Below are positions 39,432 through 54,400 of a stretch of 64,000 nt of DNA, piece after piece. This stretch comes from the human T2T-CHM13v2.0 reference genome, Homo sapiens. The stretch lies in NCBI RefSeq assembly GCF_009914755.1, contig NC_060948.1; one strand, given 5' to 3'. The position numbers and the translations under genes were made by a program. The notes below the pieces were generated by a model, which searched no databases, was not told the DNA's origin, and was given only the letters and a program-made list of their open reading frames with translations. Numbering within the stretch: the stretch's first letter is position 1; the number at the start of each line of letters is the position of its first letter.

Positions 39432-42400
39432 TGCAATTGAATGGAAAGTAATCCAATGGAATAGAATCTAATGCAATAAAATCGACTCAGATAGAGTAGA
39501 ATGTAATGGAATGGAGTGCAGTGCAATGGAATGGAACGGAATGGAATGCAATGGAATGGAATGGAATGGGATGGAATGGAATGGAATGGAATGGGATGGA
39601 ATTGTATGGAATGGATAGTAATGGACTGGAGTGAAATGGACTGGAAAGGAATGGACTCAAATTGAAAGGGCTCGAAAGGAATGGAATCAAATGGAATGGT
39701 CTGGAATGGAATGAACACGAATGTAATGCAACCCAATAGAATGGAATCGAATGGCATGGAATATAAAGAAATGGAATCGAAGAGAATGGAAACAAATGGA
39801 ATGGAATTGAATGGAATGGAATTGAATGGAATGGGAACGAATGGAGTGAAATTGTATGCAGTAGAAGAGAATAGAATGGAATGCAAGCGAAAGGAAAGGA
39901 ATGGATTGGAATGGAATGGAATTCATTGGAATGGAAGGGAATGTAGTGTAATGGACAGGCCTGGAATAAAGTGGAATGATACGGTCTCGAATGGAATAAA
40001 AATGTATGGAATGGAATGCAATGAAACGGAATCGAATGTCATAGAATGTAATGGAATGCAAAAAAATGGAATCCAAAATCATTGACTGGAAAGGCTGGGT
40101 GTCGAAAGGAATTGACTCCAATGGAATGGAATCGAATGGAATGGAAGTGAATAGAATCGAACTAAATCGAATGGAATGGAATTGATAGGAACGGAATGGA
40201 AAGGAATGCAATGATTTGGCATGGAATGGAATCGAATGGCATCGAATGGAATGGAATGGAATGCAATGGAATGGAATGTATTAGAATGTAATGAACTTTA
40301 ATGGAATGTACTCGAATGGATTCGACTGGAATGGAATGTTCTGTAAGTAAATGGACTCCAATGGAATGGATTCCAAAGGAATGGAATCGTACGGAATGGA
40401 ATCTAATGGAATGGAATTAAATGGAAATGAATCAAATTGAATAGCACGGAATTGAATTGAATGGAATGGAATGCAATGGAATCTAATGAAACGGAAAGGA
40501 AAGGAATGGAATGGAATGGAATGGGCTGGAATGGAAAGGAATCGAAACGAATGGAATGGAATCGAACTGAAGAGACTGGAATGGAATGCACTGGAATGGA
40601 AGGGAGTGTAATGGAAGGTTCTCGAAAAAAATGGAATCGAATGGAATGCAATTGAATGGAACGGAATAGAGTCGAATGGAATTGAATGGAATGGAATGGA
40701 CTAGAGTGAAATGGAATCGAACCACAAGGAATGGACAGGAATAGAATGGTCTCGAATTGAATGGAATAGTATGGAATGGCATCAAACGGAATGGAATGGA
40801 CAGCCACGGAATGGAATGCACTCGAATGCAATGGAGTCGAAACTAATGGACTGGAATAGAATGGACTCGACTGGTACGGACTCCAGTGGAATGGAATCGA
40901 ATGGAAGGGAATCGAACGGAATAGACTCGAAGGGAAAAGACTGCAATGGAAAGGTCTCGAATGGAATGGAAATTAATGGAATGGAATGGAATCGAATGAA
41001 ATGGAGTCAAAAGGAATGGAATCGAATGGCAAGAAATCGAATGTAAAGGAATCGCAAGGAATTGATGTGAACGGAACGGAATGGAATGGAATCCAAAGGA
41101 ATGGAATAGAATGGAATGGAATCGAATGCAAAGGACTCGAATGGAAATCACTCGAATAGAATGCAATTTAATAAAATAGGATCAAATATAATGGAATGGA
41201 ATGGAAAGGAATCGAAACGAAAGGAATGGAGACAGATGGAATGGAATGGAACAGAGAGCAATGGTATAGAATGGAATGGAATCATCTAGAATGTAATTGA
41301 ATGGAATGGAATAATATGAAATGGAATGGAATGGAATGGAATGCCCTTGAATTAAATGGACTGGAATGGAATGGACTCGAACAGAGTGGAATGGAAAGTG
41401 TTGAGATAGAATGGAATGGACTCCTTTGGAATGGTGTAGTATGCAATGCAATCGACTGACAGGGAATCAAAAGGAATGTAATCGAATGGATTGGACTGGA
41501 ATGCAATGGACTCGAATAGATTGGAAACGGAATGCAAAGGAATGGAATGGAATAGTATGGAATGGAATGGAAAGGAATGGAGTGGAATAGACTAGAGTGG
41601 AATGGAATGGACTCGAAAGCAATGGACTGGAATGGAACTTTCTTGAATGGACTGGAACCAAACGGAATGGAATGCAATGCAATCAAATGGCATGGAATAA
41701 GATAGAATGAAAGAGAATCAAATGGAATTGAATGGAATGGAATCGAATGGATTGGAAAGGAATAGAATGGAATGGAATGGAATTGACTCAAATGGAATGG
41801 ACTAGAATGGAATGGATTCGAATGGAAGGCAAAGGAATGGAATCTATTGGAATGGACTGTAATGGAATGCAATGGAAGGTATTGGAATGGACTCGAATGG
41901 AATGGACTGCAATAGAAAGGATTCGAATGGAATGAAAAAGAATTGAATGGAATAGAACAGAATGGAATCAAATCGAATGAAATGGAATGGAATAGAAAGG
42001 AATGGAATGAAATGGAATGGAAAGGATTCCAATGGAATGCAATCGAATGGAATGGAATCGAACGGAATGGAATAAAATGGAAGAAAACTGGCAAGAAATG
42101 GAATCGAAATGAATGGAGTGTTATGGAACGGACTCAAAAGGAATTGAATGTAATAGAATGGAGTGGAGTGGACTCGAATATAATGGACTGGAATGGAATG
42201 AAATCACATGGAAAGGGAAAGAATGGAATGGAATGGAAAGGAATGGAATTGAATGGAAAGCAATCGAACGGAAGGGAATGAAATTGAATCAACAGGAATG
42301 GAAGGGAATAGAATAGACGGTAATGGAATGGACTCTAATAGAATGGACACGAATGCTCAAATTGATTGGACTCGAATGGAATGGATACGAAAGGAATGTC

Positions 42401-45400
42401 ATCGAATGGAATTGAATCGATTGGAATGAAATTGCATAGAATGGAGTGGAATCAAATGGAATTGAATCGAAAGGAAAGGAAGCGAATGGACTGAAATGAA
42501 ATGGAATGGAATTGAATGGAAAGTAATGCAATGGAATAGAATGGAACGAAATTTCACGGAATGGAATCAAACTGAATGGAATCAAATCAATGGAATCAAA
42601 TCAAATGGAATGGAAAGGAATTGAATGGAGTAGATGGGATTGGATGAGATTGGAATGAAATGTACTGGAAAGGACTCGAATTTCATGAAACGGAATGGAA
42701 TGAATTGGAACGGAATGGACACGAATGGAATGGAATGTCATGGAATGGCATCAAATGGAATGGCATCAAATGGAATGGAATCGAATGCAATGGAATGCTA
42801 TGGAATGGAATGGAATGCATTGGAATGGAATGTCCTCTAATGGAATGGATTCGAGTGGAATGGAATCGAATATAATGGAGTCGAATTAAATGGAATTGAA
42901 AGGAATGGGACCGAATACAATGGAATATACTGGAATGTAATGTAATGAACTCGAATGTAATTGACTGGAATGGAATGTACATGAATGGAATGTAATCGAA
43001 TGGAAAGTAATCCAATGGAATAGAATCTAATGCAATAAAATCGACTCAAATAGAGTAGAATGTAATGGAATGGAGTGCAGTGCAATGGAATGGAATGGAA
43101 TGGAATGCAATGGAATGGAATGGAATGGAATGGAATGGGATGGAATGGGATGGAATGGATAGTAATGGACTGGAGTGAAATGGACTGGAAAGGAATGGAC
43201 TCAAATGGAAAGGGCTCGAAAGGAATGGAGACAAATGGAATGGAATGGAACAGAGAGCAATGGTATAGAATGGAATGGAATCATCTGGAATGGAATTGAA
43301 TGGAATGGAATAATATGAAATGGAATGGAATGGAATGGAATGGAATGCCCTTGAATTAAATGGACTGGAATGGAATGGACTCGAACAGAGTGGAATGGAA
43401 AGTGTTGAGATAGAATGGAATGGACTCTTTTAGAATGGTCTAGTATGCAATGCAATCGACTGGCAGGGAATCAAAGGAATGTAATCGAATGGATTGGACT
43501 GGAATGCAATGGACTCGAATAGATTGGAAACGGAATGCAAAGGAATGGAATGGAATAGTATGGAATGGAATGGAAAGGAATGGAGTGGAATAGACTAGAG
43601 TGGAATGGAATGGCCTGGAAAGCAATGGACTGGAATGGAACTTTCTTGAATGGACTGGAATCAAACGGAATGGAATGCAATGCAATCAAATGGCATGGAA
43701 TAAAATAGAATGAAAGAGAATCAAATGGAATTGAATCGAATGGAATCGAATGGATTGGAAAGGAATAGAATGGAATGGAATGGAATTGACTCAAATGGAA
43801 TGGACTAGAATGGAATGGATTCGAATGGAAGGCAAAGGAATGGAATCTATTGGAATGGACAGTAATGGAATGGAATGGAAGGGATTGGAATGGACTCGAA
43901 TGGAATGGACTGCAATAGAAAGGATTCGAATGGAATGAAAAAGAATTGAATGGAATAGAACAGAATGGAATCAAATCGAATGAAATGGAATGGAATAGAA
44001 AGGAATGGAATGAAATGGAATGGAAAGGATTCGAATGGAATGCAATCGAATGGAATGGAATCGAACGGAATGGAATAAAATGGAAGAAAACTGGCAAGAA
44101 ATGGAATCGAAATGAATGGAGTGTTATGGAACGGACTCAAAAGGAATTGAATGTAATAGAATGGAGTGGAGTGGACTCGAATATAATGGACTGGAATGGA
44201 ATGAAATCACATGGAATGGGAACGAATGGAATGGAATGGAAAGGAATGGAATCGAATGGAAAGGAATCGAATGGAAGGGAATGAAATTGAATCAACAGGA
44301 ATGGAAGGGAATAGAATAGACGGTAATGGAATGGACTCGAATAGAATGGACACGAATGCTCAAATTAAATGGACTCGAATGGAATGGAAACGAAAAGAAT
44401 GTCATCGAATGGAATTGAATCGATTGGAATGAAATCGCATAGAATGGAGTGGAATCAAATGGAATTGAATCGAAAGGAAAGGAAGCGAATGGACTGAAAT
44501 GAAATGGAATGGAATTGAATGGAAAGTAATGCAATGGAATAGAATGGAACGAAATTTCACGGAATGGAATCAAACTGAATGGAATCAAATCAATGGAATC
44601 AAATCAAATGGAATGGAAAGGAATTGAATGGAGTAGATTGGATTGGATGGGATTGGAATGAAATGTACTGGAAAGGACTCGAATTTCATGAAACGGAATG
44701 GAATGAATTGGAACGGAATGGACTCGAATGGAATGGAATGTCATGGAATGGCATCAAATGGAATGGCATCAAATGGAATGGAATCGAATGCAATGGAATG
44801 CTATGGAATGGAATGGAATGCATTGGAATGGAATGTCCTCTAATGGAATGGATTCGAGTGGAATGGAATCGAATATAATGGAGTCGAATGAAATGGAATT
44901 GAAAGGAATGGGATCGAATACAATGGAATATACTGGAATGTAATGTAATGAACTCGAATGTAATTGACTGGAATGGAATGTACATGAATGGAATGTAATC
45001 GAATGGAAAGTAATCCAATGGAATAGAATCTAATGCAATAAAATCGACTCAGATAGAGTAGAATGTAATGGAATGGAGTGCAGTGCAATGGAATGGAATG
45101 GAATGGAAAGCAATGGAATGGAATGGAATGGAATGGACTGGAATGGAATGGGATGGAATGGTATGGAATGGATAGTAATGGACTGGAGTGAAATGGACTG
45201 GAAAAGAATGGACTCAAATTGAAAGGGCTCGAAAGGAATGGAGTCAAATGGAATGGTCTGGAATGGAATGAACACGAATGTAATGCAATCCAATAGAATG
45301 GAATCGAATGGCATGGAATATAAAGAAATGGAATCGAAGAGAATGGAAACAAATGGAATGGAATTGAATGGAATGGAATTGAATGGAATGGGAAGGAATG

Positions 45401-48400
45401 GAGTGAAATTGTATGCAGTAGAAGAGAATAGAATGGAATGCAAGCGAAAGGAAAGGAATGGATTGCAATGGAATGGAATTCATTGGAATGGAAGGGAATG
45501 TAGTGTAATGGACAGGCCTGGAATAAAGTGGAATGCTACGGTCTCGAATGGAATAAAAATGTATGGAATGGAATGCAATGAAACGGAATCGAATGTCATA
45601 GAATGTAATGGAATGCAACAAAATGGAATCCAAAATCATTGACTGGAAAGGCTGGGTGTCGAAAGGAATTGACTCCAATGGAATGGAATCGAATGGAATG
45701 GAAGTGAATAGAATCGAACTAAATCGAATGGAATGGAATTGATAGGAACGGAATGGAAAGGAATGCAATGATTTGGCATGGAATGGAATCGAATGGCATC
45801 GAATGGAATGGAATGGAATGCAATGTAATGGAATGTATTAGAATGTAATGAACATTAATGGAATGTACTCGAATGGATTCGACTGGAATGGAATGTTCTG
45901 GAAGTGAATGCACTCCAATGGAATGGATTCGAAAGGAATGGAATCGAACGCAATGGAATCTAATGGAATGGAATTAAATGGAAATGAATCAAATTGAATA
46001 GCACGGAATTGAATTGAATGGAATCGAATGCAATGGAATCTAATGAAACGGAAAGGAAAGGAATGGAATGGAATGGAATGGGCTGGAATGGAAAGGAATC
46101 GAAACGAATGGAATGGAATCGAACTGAAGAGACTGGAATGGAATGCACTGGAATGGAAGGGATTGTAATGGAAGGTTCTCGAAAATAATGGAAGCAAATG
46201 GAATGGAATTGAATGGAACGGAATAGAGTCGAATGGAATTGAATGGAATGGAATGGACTAGAGTGAAATGGAATCGAACCACAAGGAATGGACAGGAATA
46301 GAATGGTCTCGAATTGAATGGAATCGTATGGAATGGCATCAAACGGAATGGAATGGACAGCCACGGAATGGAATGCACTCGAATGCAATGGAGTCGAAAC
46401 TTATGGACTGGAATAGAATGGACTCGACTGGTACGGACTCCAATGGAATGGAATCGAATGGAAGGGATTCGAACGGAATGGACTCGAAGGGAAAAGACTG
46501 CAATGGAAAGGTCTCGAATGGAATGGAAATTAATGGAATGGAATGGAATCGAATGAAATGGAGTCAAAAGGAATGGAATCGAATGGCAAGAAATCGAATG
46601 TAATGGAATCGCAAGGAATTGATGTGAACGGAACGGAATGGAATGGAATCCAAAGGAATGGAATAGAATGGAATGGAATCGAATGGAAAGGACTCGAATG
46701 GAAATCACTCGAATAGAATGAAATTTAATAAAATAGGATCAAATGTAATGGAATGGAATGGAAAGGAATCGAAACGAAAGGAATGGAGACAGATGGAATG
46801 GAATGGAACAGAGAGCAATGGTATAGAATGGAATGGAATCATCTGGAATGGAATTGAATGGAATGGAATAATATGAAATGGAATGGAATGGAATGGAATG
46901 GAATGCCCTTGAATTAAATGGACTGGAATGGAATGGACTCGAACAGAGTGGAATGGAAAGTGTTGAGATAGAATGGAATGGACTCCTTTGGAATGGTGTA
47001 GTATGCAATGCAATCGACTGGCAGGGAATCAAAAGGAATGTAATCGAATGGATTGGACTGGAATGCAATGGACTCGAATCGATTGGAAACGGAATGCAAA
47101 GGAATGGAATGGAATAGTATGGAATGGAATGGAAAGGAATGGAGTGGAATAGACTAGAGTGGAATGGAATGGACTGGAAAGCAATGGACTGGAATGGAAC
47201 TTTCTTGAATGGACTGGAATCAAACGGAATGGAATGCAATGCAATCAAATGGCATGGAATAAAATAGAATGAAAGAGAATCAAATGGAATTGAATCGAAT
47301 GGAATCGAATGGATTGGAAAGGAATAGAATGGAATGGAATGGAATTGACTCAAATGGAATGGACTAGAATGGAATGGATTCGAATGATAGGCAAAGGAAT
47401 GGAATCTATTGGAATGGACTGTAATGGAATGGAATGGAAGGGATTGGAATGGACTCGAATGGAATGGACTGCAATAGAAAGGATTCGAATGGAATGAAAA
47501 AGAATTGAATGGAATAGAACAGAATGGAATCAAATCGAATGAAATGGAATGGAATAGAAAGGAATGGAATGAAATGGAATGGAAAGGATTCGAATGGAAT
47601 GCAATCGAATGGAATGGAATCGAACGGAATGGAATAAAATGGAAGAAAACTGGCAAGAAATGGAATCGAAATGAATGGAGTGTTATGGAACGGACTCAAA
47701 AGGAATTGAATGTAATAGAATGGAGTGGAGTGGACTCGAATATAATGGACTGGAATGGAATGAAATCACATGGAATGGGAACGAATGGAATGGAATGGAA
47801 AGGAATGGAATCGAATGGAAAGGAATCGAATGGAAGGGAATGAAATTGAATCAACAGGAATGGAAGGGAATAGAATAGACGGTAATGGAATGGACTCGAA
47901 TAGAATGGACACGAATGCTCAAATTGAATGGACTCGAATGGAATGGAAACGAAAGGAATGTCATCGAATGGAATTGAATCGATTGGAATGAAATCGCATA
48001 GAATGGAGTGGAATCAAATGGAATTGAATCGAAAGGAAAGGAAGCGAATGGACTGAAATGAAATGGAATGGAATTGAATGGAAAGTAATGCAATGGAATA
48101 GAATGGAACGAAATTTCACGGAATGGAATCAAACTGAATGGAATCAAATCAATGGAATCTAATCAAATGGAATGGAAAGGAATTGAATGGAGTGGATTGG
48201 ATTGGATGGGATTGGAATGATATGTACTGGAAAGGACTCGAATTTCATGAAACGGAATGGAATGAATTGGAACGGAATGGACTCGAATGGAATGGAATGT
48301 CATGGAATGGCATCAAATGGAATGGCATCAAATGGAATGGAATCGAATGCAATGGAATGTTATGGAATGGAATGGAATGCATTGGAATGGAATGTCCTCT

Positions 48401-51400
48401 AATGGAATGGATTCGAGTGGAATGGAATCGAATATAATGGAGTCGAATGAAATGGAATTGAAAGGAATGGGATCGAATACAATGGAATATACTGGAATGT
48501 AATGTAATGAACTCGAATGTAATTGACTGGAATGGAATGTACATGAACGGAATGTAATCGAATGGAAAGCAATCCAATGGAATAGAATCTAATGCAATAA
48601 AACCGACTCAGATAGAGTAGAATGTAATGGAATGGAGTGCAGTGCAATGGAATGGAATGGAATGGAATGCAATGGAATGGAATGGAATGGAATGGAATGG
48701 AATGGAATGGAATGGAATGGGATGGAATGGTATGGAATGGATAGTAATGGACTGGAGTGAAATGGACTGGAAAGGAATGGACTCAAATTGAAAGGGCTCG
48801 AAAGGAATGGAGTCAAATGGAATGGTCTGGAATGGAATGAACACGAATGTAATGCAATCCAATAGAATGGAATCGAATGGCATGGAATATAAAGAAATGG
48901 AATCGAAGAGAATGGAAACAAATGGAATGGAATTGAATGGAATGGAATTGAATGGAATGGGAACGAATGGAGTGAAATTGTATGCAGTAGAAGGGAATAG
49001 AATGGAATGCAAGCGAAAGGAAAGGAATGGATTGGAATGGAATGGAATTCATTGGAATGGAAGGGAATGTAGTGTAATGGACAGGCCTGGAATAAAGTGG
49101 AATGCTACGGTCTCGAATGGAATAAAAATGTATGGAATGGAATGCAATGAAACGGAATCGAATGTCATAGAATGTAATGGAATGCAACAAAATGGAATCC
49201 AAAATCATTGACTGGAAAGGCTGGGTGTCGAAAGGAATTGACTCCAATGGAATGGAATCGAATGGAATGGAAGTGAATAGAATCGAACTAAATCGAATGG
49301 AATGGAATTGATAGGAACGGAATGGAAAGGAATGCAATGATTTGGCATGGAATGGAATCGAATGGCATCGAATGGAATGGAATGGAATGCAATGGAATGG
49401 AATGTATTAGAATGGAATGAACTTTAATGGAATGTACTCGAATGGATTCGACTGGAATGGAATGTTCTGAAAGTGAATGGACTCCAATGGAATGGATTCA
49501 AAAGGAATGGAATCGTACGGAATGGAATCTAATGGAATGGAATTAAATGGAAGTGAATCAAATTCAATAGCACGGAATTGAATTGAATGGAATGGAATGC
49601 AATGGAATCTAATGAAACGGAAAGGAAAGGAATGGAATGGAATGGAATGGGCTGGAATGGAAAGGAATCGAAACGAATGGAATGGAATCGAACTGAAGAG
49701 ACTGGAATGGAATGCACTGGAATGGAAGGGAGTGTAATGGAAGGTTCTCGAAAAAAATGGAATCGAATGGAATGGAATTGAATGGAACGGAATAGAGTCG
49801 AATGGAATTGAATGGAATGGAATGGACTAGAGTGAAATGGATTCGAACCACAAGGAATGGACAGGAATAGAATGGTCTCGAATTGAATGGAATCGTATGG
49901 AATGGCATCAAACGGAATGGAATGGACAGCCACGGAATGGAATGCACTCGAATGCAATGGAGTCGAAACTAATGGACTGGAATAGAATGGACTCGACTGG
50001 TACGGACTCCAATGGAATGGAATCGAATGGAAGGGAATCGAACGGAATGGACTCGAAGGGAAAAGACTGCAATGGAAAGGTCTCGAATGGAATGGAAATT
50101 AATGGAATGGAATGGAATCGAATGAAATGGAGTCAAAAGGAATGGAATCGAATGGCAAGAAATCGAATGTAATGGAATCGCAAGGAATTGATGTGAACGG
50201 AACGGAATGGAATGGAATCCAAAGGAATGGAATAGAATGGAATGGAATCGAATGGAAAGGACTCGAATGGAAATCACTCGAATAGAATGCAATTTAATAA
50301 AATAGGATCAAATGTAATGGAATGGAATGGAAAGGAATCGAAACGAAAGGAATGGAGACAGATGGAATGGAATGGAACAGAGAGCAATGGTATAGAATGG
50401 AATGGAATCATCTGGAATGGAATTGAATGGAATGGAATAATATGAAATGGAATGGAATGGAATGGAATGGAATGCCCTTGAATTAAATGGACTGGAATGG
50501 AATGGACTCGAACAGAGTGGAATGGAAAGTGTTGAGATAGAATGGAATGGACTCCTTTGGAATGGTGTAGTATGCAATGCAATCGACTGGCAGGGAATCA
50601 AAAGGAATGTAATCGAATGGATTGGACTGGAATGCAATGGACTCGAATAGATTGGAAACGGAATGCAAAGGAATGGAATGGAATAGTATGGAATGGAATG
50701 GAAAGGAATGGAGTGGAATAGACTAGAGTGGAATGGAATGGACTGGAAAGCAATGGACTGGAATGGAACTTTCTTGAATGGACTGGAATCAAACGGAATG
50801 GAATGCAATGCAATCAAATGGCATGGAATAAAATAGAATGAAAGAGAATCAAATGGAATTGAATCGAATGGAATCGAATGGATTGGAAAGGAATAGAATG
50901 GAATGGAATGGAATTGACTCAAATGGAATGGACTAGAATGGAATGGATTCGAATGGAAGGCAAAGGAATGGAATCTATTGGAATGGACTGTAATGGAATG
51001 GAATGGAAGGGATTGGAATGGACTCGAATGGAATGGACTGCAATAGAAAGGATTCGAATGGAATGAAAAAGAATTGAATGGAATAGAACAGAATGGAATC
51101 AAATCGAATGAAATGGAATGGAATAGAAAGGAATGGAATGAAATGGAATGGAAAGGATTCGAATGGAATGCAATCGAATGGAATGGAATCGAACGGAATG
51201 GAATAAAATGGAAGAAAACTGGCAAGAAATGGAATCGAAATGAATGGAGTGTTATGGAACGGAGTCAAAAGGAATTGAATGTAATAGAATGGAGTGGAGT
51301 GGACTCGAATATAATGGACTGGAATGGAATGAAATCACATGGAATGGGAACGAATGGAATGGAATGGAAAGGAATGGAATCGAATGGAAAGGAATCGAAT

Positions 51401-54400
51401 GGAAGGGAATGAAATTGAATCAACAGGAATGGAAGGGAATAGAATAGACTGTAATGGAATGGACTCGAATAGAATGGACACGAATGCTCAAATTGAATGG
51501 ACTCGAATGGAATGGAAACGAAAGGAATGTCATCGAATGGAATTGAATCGATTGGAATGAAATCGCATAGAATGGAGTGGAATCAAATGGAATTGAATCG
51601 AAAGGAAAGGAAGCGAATGGACTGAAATGAAATGGAATGGAATTGAATGGAAAGTAATGCAATGGAATAGAATGGAACGAAATTTCACGGAATGGAATCA
51701 AACTGAATGGAATCAAATCAATGGAATCAAATCAAATGGAATGGAAAGGAATTGAATGGAGTAGATTGGATTGGATGGGATTGGAATGAAATGTACTGGA
51801 AAGGACTCGAATTTCATGAAACGGAATGGAATGAATTGGAACGGAATGGACTCGAATGGAATGGAATGTCATGGAATGGCATCAAATGGAATGGAATCAA
51901 ATGGAATGGAATCGAATGCAATGGAATGCTATGGAATGGAATGGAATGCATTGGAATGGAATGTCCTCTAATGGAATGGATTCGAGTGGAATGGAATCGA
52001 ATATAATGGAGTCGAATGAAATGGAATTGAAAGGAATGGGATCGAATACAATGGAATATACTGGAATGTAATGTAATGAACTCGAATGTAATTGACTGGA
52101 ATGGAATGTACATGAATGGAATGTAATCGAATGGAAAGTAATCCAATGGAATAGAATCTAATGCAATAAAATCGACTCAGATAGAGTAGAATGTAATGGA
52201 ATGGAGTACAGTGCAATGGAATGGAATGGAATGGAATGCAATTGAATGGAATGGAATGGAATGGAATGCAATGGAATGGGATGGAATGGTATGGAATGGA
52301 TAGTAATGGACTGGAGTGAAATGGACTGGAAAGGAATGGACTCAAATTCAAAGGGCTCGAAAGGAATGGAGTCAAATGGAATGGTCTGGAATGGAATGAA
52401 CACGAATGTAATGCAATCCAATAGAATGGAATCGAATGGCATGGAATATAAAGAAATGGAATCGAAGAGAATGGAAACAAATGGAATGGAATTGAATGGA
52501 ATGTAATTGAATGGAATGGGAATGAATGGAGTGAAATTGTATGCAGTAGAAGGGAATAGAATGGAATGCAAGCGAAAGGAAAGGAATGGATTGGAATGGA
52601 ATGGAATTCATTGGAATGGAAGGGAATGTAGTGTAATGGACAGGCCTGGAATAAAGTGGAATGCTACGGTCTCGAATGGAATAAAAATGTATGGAATGGA
52701 ATGCAATGAAACGGAATCGAATGTCATAGAATGTAATGGAATGCAAAAAAATGGAATCCAAAATCATTGACTGGAAAGGCTGGGTGTCGAAAGGAATTGA
52801 CTCCAATGGAATGGAATCGAATGGAATGGAAGTGAATAGAATCGAACTAAATCGAATGGAATGGAATTGATAGGAACGGAATGGAAAGGAATGCAATGAT
52901 TTGGCATGGAATGGAATCGAATGGCATCGAATGGAATGGAATGGAATGCAATGGAATGGAATGTATTAGAATGGAATGAACTTTAATGGAATGTACTCGA
53001 ATGGATTCGACTGGAATGGAATGTTCTGGAAGTGAATGGACTCCAATGGAATGGATTCAAAAGGAATGGAATCGTACGGAATGGAATCTAATGGAATGAA
53101 ATTAAATGGAAATGAATCAAATTGAATAGCACGGAATTGAATTGAATGGAATGGAATGCAATGGAATCTAATGAAACGGAAAGGAAAGGAATGGAATGGA
53201 ATGGAATGGGCTGGAATGGAAAGGAATCGAAACGAATGGAATGGAATCGAACTGAAGAGACTGGAATGGAATGCACTGGAATGGAAGGGAGTGTAATGGA
53301 AGGTTCTCGAAAAAAATGGAATCGAATGGAATGGAATTGAATGGAACGGAATAGAGTCGAATGGAATGGAATGGAATGGAATGGACTAGAGTGAAATGGA
53401 ATCGAACCACAAGGAATGGACAGGAATAGAATGGTCTCGAATTGAATGGGATCGTATGGAATGGCATCAAACGGAATGGAATGGACAGCCACGGAATGGA
53501 ATGCACTCGAATGCAATGGAGTCGAAACTAATGGACTGGAATAGAATGGACTCGACTGGTACGGACTCCAATGGAATGGAATCGAATGGAAGGGAATCGA
53601 ACGGAATGGACTCGAAGGGAAAAGACTGCAATGGAAAGGTCTCGAATGGAATGGAAATTAATGGAATGGAATGGAATCGAATGAAATGGAGTCAAAAGGA
53701 ATGGAATCGAATGGCAAGAAATCGAATGTAATGGAATCGCAAGGAATTGATGTGAACGGAACGGAATGGAATGGAATCCAAAGGAATGGAATAGAATGGA
53801 ATGGAATCGAATGGAAAGGACTCGAATGGAAATCACTCGAATAGAATGCAATTTAATAAAATAGGATCAAATGTAATGGAATGGAATGGAAAGGAATCGA
53901 AACGAAAGGAATGGAGACAGATGGAATGGAATGGAACAGAGAGCAATGGTATAGAATGGAATGGAATCATCTGGAATGGAATTGAATGGAATGGAATAAT
54001 ATGAAATGGAATGGAATGGAATGGAATGGAATGCCCTTGAATTAAATGGACTGGACTCGAACAGAGTGGAATGGAAAGTGTTGAGATAGAATGGAATGGA
54101 CTCCTTTGGAATGGTGTAGTATGTAATGCAATCGACTGGCAGGGAATCAAAAGGAATGTAATCGAATGGATTGGACTGGAATGCAATGGACTCGAATAGA
54201 TTGGAAACGGAATGCAAAGGAATGGAATGGAATAGTATGGAATGCAATGGAAAGGAATGGAGTGGAATAGACTAGAGTGGAATGGAATGGACTGGAAAGC
54301 AATGGACTGGAATGGAACTTTCTTGAATGGACTGGAATCAAACGGAATGGAATGCAATGCAATCAAATGGCATGGAATAAAATAGAATGAAAGAGAATCA